A stretch of DNA of 64,000 nt from Phoronis australis (GCA_002633005.1 NMRA01000522.1:1-64000); one strand, 5' to 3'; shown: positions 27,045-40,592, counted from the stretch's first letter. The notes: generated by a model not told the origin, from the letters alone. Translations and numbers: made by a program.

Positions 27045-27449
27045 TAAAGCCAGAGAAATGTGACTGTTGTCTTGCCAACACTCCTAATTCGCTTAAGTGG
27101 GAAGCTCTTGGATTTTGAAGAATTTACCTTAACTTTGTGAATATTGTTTCCACCTACCTTTTTAGCCCTCCAGAGTAATTTTGTTTCTTCATTGGCTAGT
27201 TTCAGCTGGAACAAAATACTTCTCATTCGACGTAGGCTGACTAAAAATTGGCAGTAGTGTGGGAAGGGATGAACCCCTCGGGCCTAGGGAACATCAAGCC
27301 GCAAATGATCAGAACTGAGACTTCATGTTGCAGTTTTGGGGAACGTTGCAATCCAAGTGGAGCGCTGCATAGTCACTGGTCATCTGCGCTCTACAGGTAC
27401 AGCTCTAACAAGACTGCAGGACGGCACGGGCTATTATACTCAGCAGTTT

Positions 27450-27784
27450 TGTAAATTTAACCGAAATGATTAATCTGAGGGCAACAGAACTTTGTTGGGA
27501 TCATCCGCTGTTATCACATTTTTACTGTCATTTGGCGACGTGGCGATTATAAAGCTCTGAAAAGTGCTACGCGTTCCAGCTGCATGTAGGGCCTGTGATC
27601 ATGAGGTAAGATTAACCGCCCACCCCGGTTGTCTGTGGTACTAAGCGCCCATGTTCGGTTAACCGCCCACCCGTGATTTCCTGAAATTTGACGTTTAAGC
27701 GCCCATGTCTGTACAACTGCCCACCCGCGATTTTTTGGATTCGCCAATTTAACCGCCCAGGGCGTTAACCCGAACGTTTACGGC
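27450..27784 (-). mobile_element. One-ended fragment related to the 21538-23031 element
   Basis: Reverse complement of ~21538-21890, ending GGGCGTTAACCCGAACGTTTACGG. Confidence 0.75.
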
Positions 27785-28629
27785 ACTATTACTGCTCCCT
27801 TTAGTGGGAATATTTAAGGTAATCATGATCCCTTGTATTTGCAATGCACACATCAGGTGCATGACAACACTCTGCTGTCCTCTTTTTAAAGCTACTGATA
27901 AAGCGCCATCTTTGAACACCATGATGTTGGTTTTTGATTCTTGTTATGGTTCTTAAATATTGCAAGTTAGCATAACTGCTCAAGATTCATGCTTCATTAC
28001 CAGCTTAGTTTCAAGGTCACCAGTTGGGCTTAACCTATTATTAGCATTATGTGAGATAAGGTAGCAGCAGAATTAGTGTTGCCTCTTGCACTAAGATTCA
28101 CTGAACCAGACAGTAGTACACAGAATTTAGATTTGGCGTGATGAATGTTGTCTCTTATTTAGAATTTGGTGACAAGATTGAAACAACTTAATAGAATTCA
28201 AGTGGTGTAGTGTCCACATACATGCCATTTCCATGGCAACTTTTCTATAGTAGTTATATTTTTTGCTTAAGACCATTGTCTGTTACCATCTGTCTTAGGT
28301 CATGATGAACTCAGTGTTATGAAAGTCAGTTTGAATTAGCTATAGTTCTCAGACAGAAGTATTGATTTTTTCAGAATGACCTTGACCCAATACAGCGCAA
28401 AACACCTTTCTTTGATCTTCGATATGTTTTGCATTGAATATTTAAGAGTTGATGGCCTTGTGATATTAATAACTTAAAACAAAGAGCTTTAATCAAGTAA
28501 ATTGATGTATTTGTCAAATATTTAATGTAGAAAACCGTGTCAATAGATAGGATCATATCTGAGAGCTGGTGTTGAGTATGTAATGAGTATATCCTGTGGA
28601 CCAGCAAGATAATATACTGGTGTTAGTGC

Positions 28630-29359
28630 AGGAACTTATAGTTAAGCTGCTATGAACTCAGGCTTTGAAGCTTTGGTGTCTGAACCAAAGCTTCAGTCAA
28701 TGGGAACACTTAACTTCAGTCTTGAATCGAGTTGACTCCGGAGTAAATACTAGGTAGATTTAACTGTAAACAACTTGCTATAATGGGAACACATTACTTC
28801 GATGCCATCGTAGTTTTCGGCAGGGGTCACTGCTTGCATTTGCCAATAGCGAGCTGTGACTACATGGTTAATATTTGTTTATTATTTTTTATAATATGTA
28901 TTACTTTGTCAGTATAAGCATTCTGTTTCAATTTATCCATGCCTTTGCTGGATACTTTGCATTAAAAAATCTGAGTGTATATGGTGCAAATCGAGTTTTC
29001 GCCATACCGCCTTCGTTTGGATCTGGTGAATTGGCCTATTCGAAAGTCAATTTTTTAATGTTATCCTCTAGTATATCGCTGTCATTCCAAGGTAGCAACC
29101 GATGGCTGCCTTGTGAAGTTGACGTTTTCGTTTCCATTTGGAGAGAAGGATTGTGGTGCTTTCCATCCATGTTTGATAAGGACAAAAACACCAAAGCATG
29201 TGACCGAAGGTCATATTAGCACCTCCTTGCAATGACTTCGGTGAACTAGTTTCTGACTAACTCCGAAGTTGATGGGAACACTGACGCTTAACTTCACAGT
29301 TACCCACACTTAACATCGAAGCTTTGATAGTAACGAAGTTAACTATATGGGAAAGGCCC
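28630..29359. mobile_element. Possible PIF/Harbinger-like MITE
   Basis: The right end reads GGGCCTTTCCCATATAGTTAACTTC on the minus strand. Degenerate inverted match (tatagttaagctgcta..gctt) near 28640. Internal ATGGGAACAC repeats. Confidence 0.35.
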
Positions 29360-30111
29360 TTGCCAGCAATATCGGTCATTGACCATCACAAAATTGTTCT
29401 CAGTTCGTTCCTTAGTTAAATTAGCTAGGATTTTTGCTCTTGGGAAGAATTGAGAGTTGATATATTGAGACAAGGATCCACCAGTTAATGTGTCACGGTG
29501 GTTCATTACCTGTACTGAGTATTCTTGCTAGTAATAATGAACTTCTTTGTAAGCCCACAATGCACTTCTCGTCTGAGTAAGGAACAAGTTGAGACCAGAT
29601 TTGTAGTCATTGGTAAGAGGTCAAAATATCTCCAATTAAACATGACTTAAAGTTCAGTATTAAAGTACTTCTTTTGTTACTTACTTTCACATATTATCTT
29701 TTTGTGTTTGCAAATTATGTTTTTCCAACTGTTCAATGTCCACTTATAACTGTCCAAAGCTCATCAAAAAGATCATTAAATTTTGAATTCTCTGTACTTG
29801 AAACTATAGTCTTGGCAGTTAACAGCAACTAGCCCGTGGCAGGAAGTCAAGATAAGATTATGTAATACCTTATTGACAAGTCTCTACATTTAGCCGAATA
29901 TCAGCAAAACTATAGAATTCAACTCAGCAAAACTATTTATTTCATGAAAGCAGAAATATATTCGTAGAATTTAATTGTTGACCTATTACCAATCTGCCAT
30001 TAATGAAGTCACATGACCATGCTTTTTGGTAAAATTTAGAAAAAGAATGTTACATTCATAGCAAAACAACAGGATATAATGTAAAATCTGGAAAACGCTG
30101 TTTCACTTTTT

Positions 30112-30582
30112 ATGCGCCCACATATTTATATGTGGACGCATTATGCCGTCATCTCTGTCCGTCCGTCCGTCCGTCCGTCCGTCCGGCGTCCGGCGTCCAC
30201 TGCTCTATCTCCAAAACCCTTTGACATACGTTCATGAAATTTGACACATATGTTCCATTCATGAATGGGACGGCATGTGCGAACTTTCGGACGGATCCGA
30301 CTACCGGTGTGCCCCCTAGTGGCAATTTTAGTTTTTTACGCTTACCTTTGTATCTTCAAAAGTCCTGAACGGATTTTCATGAAATTTGGTATGTAGGCAC
30401 CTAATAGTGAGATGACGCTATCCTGCCGTTTTCGGATGGATTCGACATAGTTTGCGCCACCTAGTGGCCATTTTTACTGTTTTCGAGTCTGTTTTTGTGC
30501 TTCCACCCCTCTATCAACCAAACCGCTCAAAGGATGATTGTGAAAATTGGCATGTATGTGCTTACTATGTAGAGGACGGTTG
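30112..30582 (+). mobile_element. Family B element 5' end (young copy), cut off by a contig join
   Basis: After a T-run: ATGCGCCCACA-tatttata-TGTGGACGCAT hairpin, then a (GTCC)n microsatellite, then the core repeat. This is the DINE-1/HINE layout. Confidence 0.85.
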
Positions 30583-31199
30583 NCAACTCAGCAAAACTAT
30601 TTATTTCATGAAAGCAGAAATATATTCGTAGAATTTAATTGTTGACCTATTACCAATCTGCCATTAATGAAGTCACATGACCATGCTTTTTGGTAAAATT
30701 TAGAAAAAGAATGTTACATTCATAGCAAAATAACAGGATATAATGTAAAATCTGGAAAACGCTGTTTCACTTTTTTAAATTATCGTTTCGTTTTATGAAA
30801 GTTAAAAGTTTTTTTACAAAAATAAAATCAGTCCTGTTTTTGATAGTCCCACACGCAAAAGTGGGATATTTTAAAAACAATTCCTGCATTTCAGAGATCA
30901 CTGTGTAAAGCATTATGTCTGAAAGTTTCATATGAATCCGTCCAGCCACTTCTGTGGTATGATGTTCTAATTTTGACCAACATTTTTCTGGGGTCCTACT
31001 TTGCCTTAACAGCAACACACAAATTTAGCGTGAAATGTCATGCTGAATTTTTGTCGTAAATACATACTGTCATACAGCTAGAAGGTTTATATAGATGCTC
31101 ATCATGGATACTAACACGAGAAGCTCTACAACATTAAATCAGATATATCTCTTGTATCGAGGACACTGTAATGTTTCAAGCTGTTCTTTCTATTTACAG

Positions 31200-31370
31200 G
31201 GCGAGACCCTATCACAATTGAAAGAGCCAACCTTCTCAATGTTTGCAAACTGGTCATTAAAGAGTTGATTGATTCGTCTCTGTCCCAAGGACGGATGTTG
31301 GATGATGACTTTGTACCTCTACAGCAGTTCTTTGTGGTGTTAGAACATGTGTTCAGACATGGGCTAAGAC
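31200..31370 (+). CDS. RUFY2: RUFY exon 2: [56 protein letters not shown] (start of RUN domain)
   Basis: Acceptor tttacag and donor GTAAGT, 171 nt, phase 1-1. Closely resembles recalled human RUFY2 [56 protein letters not shown]. Confidence 0.97.
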
Positions 31371-31584
31371 GTAAGTGGGTGTGGCATTGACTTGGACTTA
31401 GGTTGAGGTACAAGTAGATATGACTGTGATTTGGATTTGGGTTGAGGCACAAATGGGTGTGGTTTGATTTGGGCATGTGTTGAAGCGCGAGTGTGTCTTT
31501 GAGTTGAGACATAGGTATCTGTTACTGACTTGGACTTGCGTTGAGACATCAGTGGGTGTGGCTTTGATTTGGACATGTTTATAT

Positions 31585-31925
31585 GTGGTGGTTGTGACAA
31601 CGCAGTATTTGACCACGCTGTGGCTCGTTTCACTTTCCTGCTGGTCATCAGAGGAGCATGAATATGGCGCAAGCTTGTAGAAGAAACTCGCGTGTTGGTA
31701 GACATGACACACTGGCACTGGGTACGTCTGTACGTCACACTCATGTCCATGGAGTTAAGAAATTTTCAATTAAAGTTGCTTTTCTTCTATTTTATCGGTT
31801 TTGGGATATTGAATTCACGGTTGTGATTTGCAATGCTATAAAGGACGGTTTAATGATGCTGACAATGTAGTCACTTGTCAAAGTTAAGTAAATGGTAGTT
31901 TTAAGCTTTGTGTTTTGACACGATG
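31585..31925 (+). repeat. Interspersed repeat; inverted copy at 63035-63345
   Basis: Both share GACATGACAC.CTGGCACTGGG.ACGT and TGCTGACAATGT.GTCACTTGTCAAA..TAAATGGTAGTTTTAAG. Confidence 0.8.
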
Positions 31926-32410
31926 CAAAAGCTAAGTAGGTGCGACTTTCACTTTAGACAGTTGTGGTCCCATAAATGGGTAAGGCAGTGAGATTAAAGA
32001 TAGGTTGACACTTACATGAGCAGGTTATGAGATTATGGTACTAGTCGGGCTTACCACCCATGGTGCTTAAATTGGACAACTCAAGAATGAGAGGGAAGGG
32101 ATTTAGGCCGAACATGGGTGCTTAAAGTTCAAATTTTATAATCGTTGGGCAACTGGTCGTGTTAGCGAAGTCTGGGTTTTTGAAAATAAAATTTTGTAAT
32201 TTTTGTAATGGGTGGTAAGCCAAGCATGGTTGTTAACATGACAAGTACTGTAATAGGAACTAAATTGTGAGTGTGGCATTGTGTTTAGTCATTGGCAAAA
32301 AGTAAGTCAGTGGGCCTCTGCGTTCAGTCATGGGGTAAAACATAAGTGACTATTGTTTTATGTTTAGACATGGGTTAACATATAATAAGACATAAGTGGC
32401 TATTGTTTTA

Positions 32411-33675
32411 CCGTACTCGTCCGGGTCACTGCCCAGGGCGCTTAAACTGGAAAAATGGGGTATGGGTGGTATGCCGAGCATGGGCGGTTAAAATCTAAAT
32501 TTTGGAAAAGTTGGGAGTGGGTGCTTACTGCACAGAGGACTGATTTCACTCTCATGGAGCTACACTGACGTCAGACTTCAAGCGTGTCAGTTAAAATATA
32601 GGTCGGCGGATTGAAGTAACGGACCTCAACGGCCTGAAGTGAAATAGCGCGCACGATACAGTGGCATCATCTTCCCGAGCATGATTGGGTTTTTACCTAC
32701 CTCAGTCGCTGTATGGTATTCCTACAGATAGGCGTGCGTTCAGTGGGGTAAGTCTCTTGGGAGTAAAGCAAAATCACGCAAGGCTCCACTAGTTCGCCAT
32801 GTATTGCTAAGGGAAGCAGGTGATTTTGTAAAGATTTGCTCCCAGCTAGATACTTTGGCAACCAAGCATGTGCTAATGATTGAAAGGTCTTTCTTTTTAA
32901 TACTTTGAACCTAATTTGAACAATGTTACATTTTACATACATTGTATATTTCTTTCTGTGTTGAACAGCCAACACCAACCTCTCAGAGTTTGTTCAAAGC
33001 ATGTGCTCAACAATGGATGATACTACTATTAGGCAATAGGGGTGGTCTGTCGGCTGCGCAAATAATGAAGGAAAAACACATCATGTAAAAAGTCATCAGG
33101 CAAATAAAGAGTTCAAAAAACTAGTTTTTGACCACATGGATGCAGACAGAATGTTTGACTTACGCTTAATGACAAGTTGATTTCTTGTGCTGTTGCTTTT
33201 GGTTGGGTGCTTCCATTTTAGTGTCAGGACCGAGTCATTAAAACATGTCTTTAACTAAGAAATTCCTGTCCAGTACCGCTTTGTTGGTTCTTCCATGGCA
33301 ATGAAATATTTTCGACAAGTACTGTCAGTGATCAGTACAAGCTGACACGAGTTCTGCGTGTGAGCCAAAGGAAACAGTTGTGTCTACCTCAGTAAAGAGC
33401 ATGAGAATATGGGTATTTTAGCGTCATAGTAAGGCAAGATCTCGGTCCCGCTAAAACTGGTTGATTGTCATTGAAAGGTAAGCGAGTTGCACATGTTTTG
33501 GAATCTTATTTTTTGCGATGAATGTTCACAAAAACAGAGACATTTTTAAGGAGGTCTCGATTATGAAAAATTGGGGGTGAGCGGTAAGCTGAGCATGGGC
33601 GCTTAAAAATGAAAAATTGAAAATTTTGGGGGTGGGCGGTTAGCCAAGCATGGGCAGTAACCCAGACGAGTGCGG
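32411..33675. mobile_element. TA-flanked TIR element
   Basis: TIRs CCGTACTCGTCCGGGTCACTGCCC / CCGCACTCGTCTGGGTTACTGCCC with TA flanks. It interrupts a local repeat unit (tattgtttta|tatttagtcat). Confidence 0.85.
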
Positions 33676-34378
33676 TATATTTAGTCATAGGTCAACATAT
33701 AACACCAGTGGCTATTGTTTTATGTTTAGACATGAGTTAACATATAATAAGTGGGTGTGGCTTGGATCCTTTGTTTTGATGTTGGGCGTGTCTTCACTGA
33801 AATCATGGATTTGGGTTGAAAGGAAGATGACATCTGCAAACTTTGATTAGTATTTTAAAACATATATGTTGTTGGTGGCTCGTGCCATTTTTGATCAGTT
33901 CACAAGTGACTTTCAAATATCTATCTTTGCCAAACTAAAACAAGGCTTGACATAACGACCTGAAATTTGGAAATTCAAGTTCAGATTTTGGCCTACTCGC
34001 ATACGTCGCACATGTGCAACTTTAGTATTCCAACTCCTGTGAGCCAAGTCACATCAACCAAAAACACTAGGGTTTTTTAGTCAAATGGGAAAATACAAGT
34101 GTCGCAACAGGGAAAATTGCCCCAACAATATTTTTGGTTGTCAAGGTTGTGCAACCTGGAATCTTTGTGCAAGCTGGATTTTGAAATTGCGATCTGAGAT
34201 TTTGGCCAGTTCGCGAACGACATCCTGGTAATTGGGGGCCCATGACCATATCTTTCATTGAAATTTAGCAATAAAATGAAAAGCAAGCTGACAGCAAAGC
34301 AATCGTATTAGTGTTGCGACCAAATTTCATTTGATATAAAAGTTCAAGAATGCTGTTGCAGTTTTCAAAGATATCATT

Positions 34379-35370
34379 ATGCGCCCACATTTTGGACTGA
34401 TCCGTCTACCTGAGTGTGCCCCCTAGTGGCAATTTTATTTTTTTTACGTTTACCTTTGTATCTTTAAAAGTCCTTTACGGAATATTCATGAAATTTAATA
34501 TGTAGGCACCTATTAGTGAGATGATGCTATCCACCCGTTTTCGGATGGATTCAACGTAGTTTGCGCCACCCAGTGGCCATTTTTACTGTTTTCGAGTCTG
34601 TATTTTTGCGTCCACCGCTCTATCGACCAAACCGCTCAAATGATGATTGTGAAAATTGGCATGTATGTGCTTACTATAAAGAGGACAGCTGGCAATGATT
34701 TTCAGGCGATTTGGACTACTGTGGCGCCTCCTAGTGGCAGTTTTGTTTTTTTGCGCCTTTGGCTGTATCTCCTAAACCGTTCACAGGATCTTTACGAAAT
34801 TTAATAAGTGTATTTATATGATGTTAACAACAGACGATGACGACTTTTGGACGGATCCGCCTACCAGTGTGCCCCCTAGTGGCAATTTTATTTTTTACGT
34901 TTACCTCTGTATCTTCACAAGTCCTTAACGGATTTTCATGAAATTTGGTATGTAGGCACCTATTAGTGCGATGACGCTATCCTCCCGTTTTCGGATGGAT
35001 TCGACTTAGTTTGTGACACCCAGTGGCCATTTTTACTGTTTTTGAGTCTGTTTTTTGGCGTCCACCCCTCTATCAACCAAACCGCTCTAAGTACGATTGT
35101 GAAAATTGGCATGTATGTTCTTACTATGAAGAGGACGGTTGACGCTGAATTTCCCATGACTTTGATTACTGTGGCGCCTCCTAGTGGCAGTTTTTTTTTT
35201 GCGCCCATGGCTGTATCTCCCAAACCGTTTGCAGGATCTTTACTAAATTTAGCAAGTGTATTTATGTGATGTTGACAACGGACGATGATGACTTTAGGAT
35301 GATTCTGACTACCGGTATGCCTCTAGTGGCAATTTTAGTATTTTACATTGACCTCTGTATTTTCATAGGT
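34379..35370 (+). mobile_element. Family B element with ~2.3 internal tandem units of ~450 bp
   Basis: Begins ATGCGCCCACA. The unit starting ~34395 repeats at ~34850 and ~35295. Confidence 0.8.
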
Positions 35371-36400
35371 CTTCAGGTGTATACTTTGTGTTACTTCGTG
35401 ACTATGAAGGAAAAGTTCCAAGTAGAAATTTGTTTCTGGCATTCTAATGCTGTGCTAATCTCGTATGTTGGTAAATTTGTTTTTAATTCTATGTTTCTGT
35501 GGTGCTTTAAGCAACTGGTGTATAGGATGTGCTTGTATTATGAAGATCACTCACATTTTGCCCCTAGCCTATTGAGGAGACAATGACCATGCCTTTCCAT
35601 TTTGCAAAGTACAATATACTACATATATGCCCTCTACTGGCCACTTTATGGTACCAATAAACAACCCTAGAAAGATACCGTATACGGTGCAGTTGTGGGC
35701 GCATTTCAACGCTCTGCGTTGCTCTTGTTTTGTTTTTGTCGTATACAATTTGTAATTTTTTCATAAAAGTCATAAAAGTTCTATTTTTGATAGCATCTCA
35801 TGCTGAAGTGGAACATCTTGAAAACAATTTTTAACTGTGTTTTGGAGAATAGAGCATAAACTATATTATCTGAAAGATTCATATGAATCTTTCAGATAAT
35901 ATGGTTTAGGTCATTTCAGAAATATGGTGTTCTGAAGTTTGTCACAATTGATCATTTTTCTAGGGTCCTACATAACTTTAAACTTCTGAATTGTTGTTGT
36001 TTGCTTGCTTTGTCACTGAATCGTCTACTATAGATTTTGTGTTTGTTCTCAAATTCTTTGTTATTAAAGGTGCTATAATCCTATGCCGATTTTGGTCATT
36101 TACTGTTATGAAATTAGAAATGGTTTTTGGGCTTGTGGAGAACCAGAAGCTTGTTGTTGAATAAGGCCATGCTTGGCGCATAAAGTGACCTGTTGGGTGA
36201 CACCAACTTGTTGAGAATGGTCTCGAGCAATAATGAATTATCAATTCTTACCAAATCCATAAATCCAAGTAATGAATGATTTGAGATTAATTTTTAGCGG
36301 TAAGTGTTTTAAAATCAAAAGTTAATTTTTGGCAAGAGGCAGCTTCACTGTAACTCTTCAAAGTGGAGCTCATGCAGTCTGCATTATTGTTGTTTTTCAG

Positions 36401-36518
36401 CCAAGAAAGGTCTGTTTGGAGATAAGAAAGACTTCTGGTGTATTTTGGAGCATATCCAGAACTTTATACCCGATGCTGTTGATATTACAACCAGTGTAAA
36501 GGATATGCCAAATGCCAA
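36401..36518 (+). CDS. RUFY2: RUFY exon 3: PKKGLFGDKKDFWCILEHIQNFIPDAVDITTSVKDMPNA(K)
   Basis: Acceptor tttttcag and donor GTAAGA, 118 nt, phase 1-2. RUN domain sequence. Confidence 0.95.
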
Positions 36519-37104
36519 GTAAGACAGGAGCCACTGTAGCCTCCTCAAGCTTTGCTTGAATGAACATGTTTTAATTTGAAATAATTGGACTTTTTACTGA
36601 AATGCAGGGAAATACTGAATAATTTAGTCATTTTTGTGTGAACTAGCTGTTCTTGTATAATCATAATACTTAGTCATCTATAACTTCACTCATCTGAAAC
36701 TATAATCATAATACGACCAATTAAACTCTTATCAGCTGGATGTTCCATGAAATGACTGTTGTAACTCATATCATGTTTTCTATTCACTGAAAGTTTTTGT
36801 TTTTACATCTGCTTATGGGTAATATCTTCAAAGCTTTGAAAGTAAGTGAGTCTGAATTTTGCAAAACCTGAGTTGTTGTCTGATAACAAGCCGGTCATCT
36901 TCCAATCCTCCTTGAAACTTGTCTGTCTTGCATCCAAAGTTCTAGTGGTTGAACAATGCTGGTGTTGGTGTCATGTCAACAGCATTGTTCATCCATTGTA
37001 TTTATAACATAGGATAGCACTATGCATTTGTTGTTAAGGAGCCTAAAATTTTCACGAAATTGTTGTGAATGTTGCATGAACAAACTGTATTCTTGTACCT
37101 TCAG

Positions 37105-37209
37105 GACTTTACTTGGTCGTTCGCGGGCCTGGCTTAGACTGGCCTTGATGCAGAAGAAACTGGCCGACTATTTCAAGGTGTTGCTGGACAACAAAGATGA
37201 ACTCATTTG
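37105..37209 (+). CDS. RUFY2: RUFY exon 4: [34 protein letters not shown](C)
   Basis: Acceptor ccttcag and donor GTACTG, 105 nt, phase 2-2. Contains the RUN hallmark [14 protein letters not shown]. Confidence 0.96.
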
Positions 37210-37482
37210 GTACTGTCATTAATGACTTATCTTGAGCAATTGTGCCTGGCTATCATTATTCAGGCAAAGGCATTGGTCCGTAATTATGTACTGGAAAATA
37301 TACAGTCTTGGGTAGTTGTACTCTAGTCCATAAAGCACTGATTGCCAAGAGTGCAATTTAGTTCAAGCTTGAAATGGAACTTTAACAAGGGGGACAACAA
37401 TTCAGTCAAATGATATGTTCTGTTGGTATTAGGTAGATAATAATTAAATTCACATGCAGTGCAGTGTGGTTGTGTGGAGGGG

Positions 37483-37648
37483 TGGTCTCCCTCATGTCTG
37501 TATACCACCAGACGCAGGTCTCCCTCATGTCTGTATACCACCAGACGCAGGTCTCCCTCATGTCTGTATACCACCAGACGCAGGTCTCCCTCATGTCTGT
37601 ATACCACCAGACGCAGGTCTCCCTCATGTCTGTATACCACCAGACGCG
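37483..37648. repeat. Minisatellite, 33-bp unit, 5 copies
   Basis: Unit ggtctccctcatgtctgtataccaccagacgca. Confidence 0.95.
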
Positions 37649-38729
37649 TCTTCTCACTCTCAGTTTGACCTCTGGCTAGTCCTTACTAAATGCAATGTTT
37701 TACTCATTCACTGTTTTGTATTTTACAGTACACGCCAAAAATAATGACATAAAGTGACTCTTAAGTCCCATCTTGCTGATTAAGTTTAAGCAGAATTCCC
37801 CACCAAAGGAGCTGAAATGATGTCTGGTCAATAACTATCATTATACCACAATATCAGCTTGGAATGGCCAATACAACCATGTAATAACCCATTTAGTTAT
37901 CTCACTAGTGAGATAACATTTTGGCGGGAATCGAGGCCGGTTTCGATCCCGGTCCGCATGAGTTTGGAGTCGTCGACTTTACCACTCAGTGGCTGAAGTC
38001 ATCGAACGTGAAAATAGAATACTTAAATGAGCACCCGCTACAATCGCATGTTCAACAAAGGGCATTGTACCGACATTTCTACGCATAATTTCCATAAAAG
38101 CGATATTTAAATTCAGTGAAATTTATCTCTCAATTTCTCTCACCTGTAAATCAACAATCTTCAATTTGAATGAGGGTATCGTGTCGTCGGGATCCTTTGA
38201 TTTGAGCATTATACTCAGTTACCAGTGGTAACCAACTTTAGCTGACAATAATTTCTCTGTCGAAGCTTAGCTTGATAAAATGTGTTGCAAGCTATAATAA
38301 TTGCTAAACTGATAGATCACCTTTCTTTCCATTTTGTTTAAATTTTCAATTGGTTTTGAGTAAAAGCATTATTTGACAAAAATAGCTCGGCTTTTGTAAA
38401 AGGTCACGACCTCTGACCCCAGGCCTCTGACAGAAAGTAGTTACAAAGCCGAGGCAATTCGAAAAAATGTAGATCGATTCATTGCAATGTTTCTCGTTCA
38501 GTATGTGGTATAAATAGATTATTACATGTTCTCAGTCATTATCCCCATTATCTAGAGCCCGAGTAAATTTTGGAGAATTATCGCCCGAGGGGCGTCACTA
38601 TATTGATGAGGAAACAGACATTTTGTGGAGTATTTTGGTGTACATTGTTAGTGGATGTTACAAATTGATGTTGCTGTGCAATGTCAACTTTTTGAGTGTT
38701 TGTACAATTAGTATTTATTGCACTTTCAG

Positions 38730-38856
38730 TGAATTTTATGAGCCCGGGTCTATCATGCTTGAGGAGGAAGGAACAATTATTGGTGGACTTCTAGTGGGAC
38801 TCAATGTCATTGACTGTAACATATGTATCAAGGAAGCTGATGACTTGGATGAACCT
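38730..38856 (+). CDS. RUFY2: RUFY exon 5: [42 protein letters not shown]
   Basis: Acceptor ctttcag and donor GTAAGT, 127 nt, phase 2-0. RUN C-terminal motif EFYE...[10 protein letters not shown]. Confidence 0.97.
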
Positions 38857-39246
38857 GTAAGTTGCACCTTACTTGACTATTAACACATTTTAGTGACAGA
38901 TAGTAGGATATGCTTCAAGAAAGTCCTCTCGACATTTTGTTAAAAATTTTGCTGATTTTTGAAGAGGATATAATTCAACAGCCTTTTGAAAACAAGATGT
39001 CGTGTTTAGTGTCGGACGCTGCTGTCTGGTTTCAGTTCTTCATAAATAGAATGCAGTTAATTATGGCCGCACATCACCTTTACTTCTGTCTTGATGGCTC
39101 ATGGATTATTAAGAAAGGTGTGAATTGGGTCCAAGTTGCTAAACTGTGAATGTAATACATAGGGTTTGGGTTCGTCAGTATTTGTTGGCTGTAACTTGCG
39201 TGGCTGGTTGAAGTCTGCTGACTTCAGTGGTTACTAACAATGTTAA

Positions 39247-39861
39247 GGTTATGTAATACCATATGGACAAGTGTGTACATTTAGCCAAATATATACAAAA
39301 CCATGCTAGAATTTAATTTGGAAAAAGTATAATATTTTTTGAAAATCGAAATTCTATAAAATTGATTTTTGACCTTATACCAATCTGCCACTAATTAAGT
39401 CATGTGACCTTGCTTTTTAGAAAAATTTAGCCAAAAAGAAAAGTGCATAGCAAAACGACAGGATCGATAATATGACAAAAGTTTACATGATATTTTTGTT
39501 CAAGGCAAAATCTAAAAACGCTTACAGTTTTCTAAATTATTGTTTTGCTTTTGTTTCATTCAACTTTTGAATTTCTTTTCATAAAATCCACAGAAGTCTT
39601 GTTTTTGTAGCCCCTCATGCAATCATGGAACATTTTAAAAACAATGCCAACTTTGTTTTGGAGAACTCTGATTAAAGCATAGTACGAGGAAGTTTCACGT
39701 GAAATCAATCGGCCATTTTTGAGGTATGATGTTGCAAACTTGGCCAAAATTGGACATTTTTGAGGTATGATGTTGCAAACTTGGCCAAAATTGGACATTT
39801 TTGAGGTATGGTGTTGCAAACTTGGCCAAAATTGGACATTTTTCTAGGATCCCACATAGAC
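39247..39861 (+). mobile_element. TTAA-flanked MITE (Kolobok/piggyBac-type target); related copies at ~29855-31000, ~35750-35980, ~56650-56850 and ~58702-59181 (inverted)
   Basis: TTAA-GGTTATGT ... ACATAGAC-TTAA. Internal blocks are shared among copies (ccaatctgcca.taat.aagtca..tgacc; catttttct.gggtcc). Internal 41-bp triplication at 39715-39843. Confidence 0.65.
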
Positions 39862-39941
39862 TTAATGGTACCTGTTTTTGTTTCTTGTGTAAAACTGTCC
39901 ATTTAAAGTTCAGCATTGAAAAGTTGCTAATCCTTTTACAG

Positions 39942-40012
39942 ATTGGTGTTATAGATTTTAGTCTTTATCTGAAAAACAATCAAGACCAGCCTGATGAGGA
40001 CGAAAGGACAAA
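39942..40012 (+). CDS. RUFY2: RUFY exon 6: IGVIDFSLYLKNNQDQPDEDERT(N)
   Basis: Acceptor ttttacag and donor GTGAGT, 71 nt, phase 0-2. Matches the RUFY motif VGVIDFSxYLK. Confidence 0.95.
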
Positions 40013-40200
40013 GTGAGTAACGTCATACAAGGTTTTACTGTTGATATATTTCTTTTCATGAATACTGTTTTTGATTATTTGTAGTTTCATTATTATCTGC
40101 ATTTCCCTTTTTTACCATTTTTAATTTTGAAAGTTAAAGCAACATTATATTTTGTATTTGATCGTTCCATAGTCCTGAAATGCTGTGACTTGCTTTTCAG

Positions 40201-40275
40201 TCCTGAAGGTGACGCCAAAATGGCAGCCATATTGGATCAGAAAAACTACTTAGAAGAACTTAACAGGCATTTGAA
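40201..40275 (+). CDS. RUFY2: RUFY exon 7: PEGDAKMAAILDQKNYLEELNRHL(N)
   Basis: Acceptor ttttcag and donor GTAAGT, 75 nt, phase 2-2. Conserved AILDQKNYxEELNRxL motif. Confidence 0.96.
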
Positions 40276-40592
40276 GTAAGTATGCTTTGCAAGGTATCTT
40301 GTTTTGTTGTTTGTCTGAACTTCCTTAAATTATTATTCATTTTCTTTGACTTGTGTGTCAGTTGTGGGACTTTAAGGGTCTTATTATTTACGTAGTTCAC
40401 AAATGAAATGGATGAAGCATATTTCTTATTCTGCACTTTTGAATCTTAATTTGAGGAGGAACTCTAAATCAGATTTACACCAATTTGTTAGTAGTGTTTC
40501 TGATAATTGTTGTACGTTCAGTTGAAAATGTTACAAATGGCTGCATGCTGCCATAAGATTATGCTTCATTGCTATCCATCAAATATTTCCAG

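Noticed and set aside
31126-31750. 128-aa minus-strand ORFs
   Set aside because: These are the antisense shadow of RUFY exon 2 plus low-complexity and interspersed repeat sequence.
37323-37744. Multiple overlapping repeat-peptide ORFs
   Set aside because: All derive from the 33-bp tandem repeat in a RUFY intron.
37920-38000. tRNA/SINE-like B-box (GGTTTCGATCCC)
   Set aside because: I could not fold a cloverleaf or find a convincing A-box. More likely part of a decayed interspersed repeat (~37840-38600).
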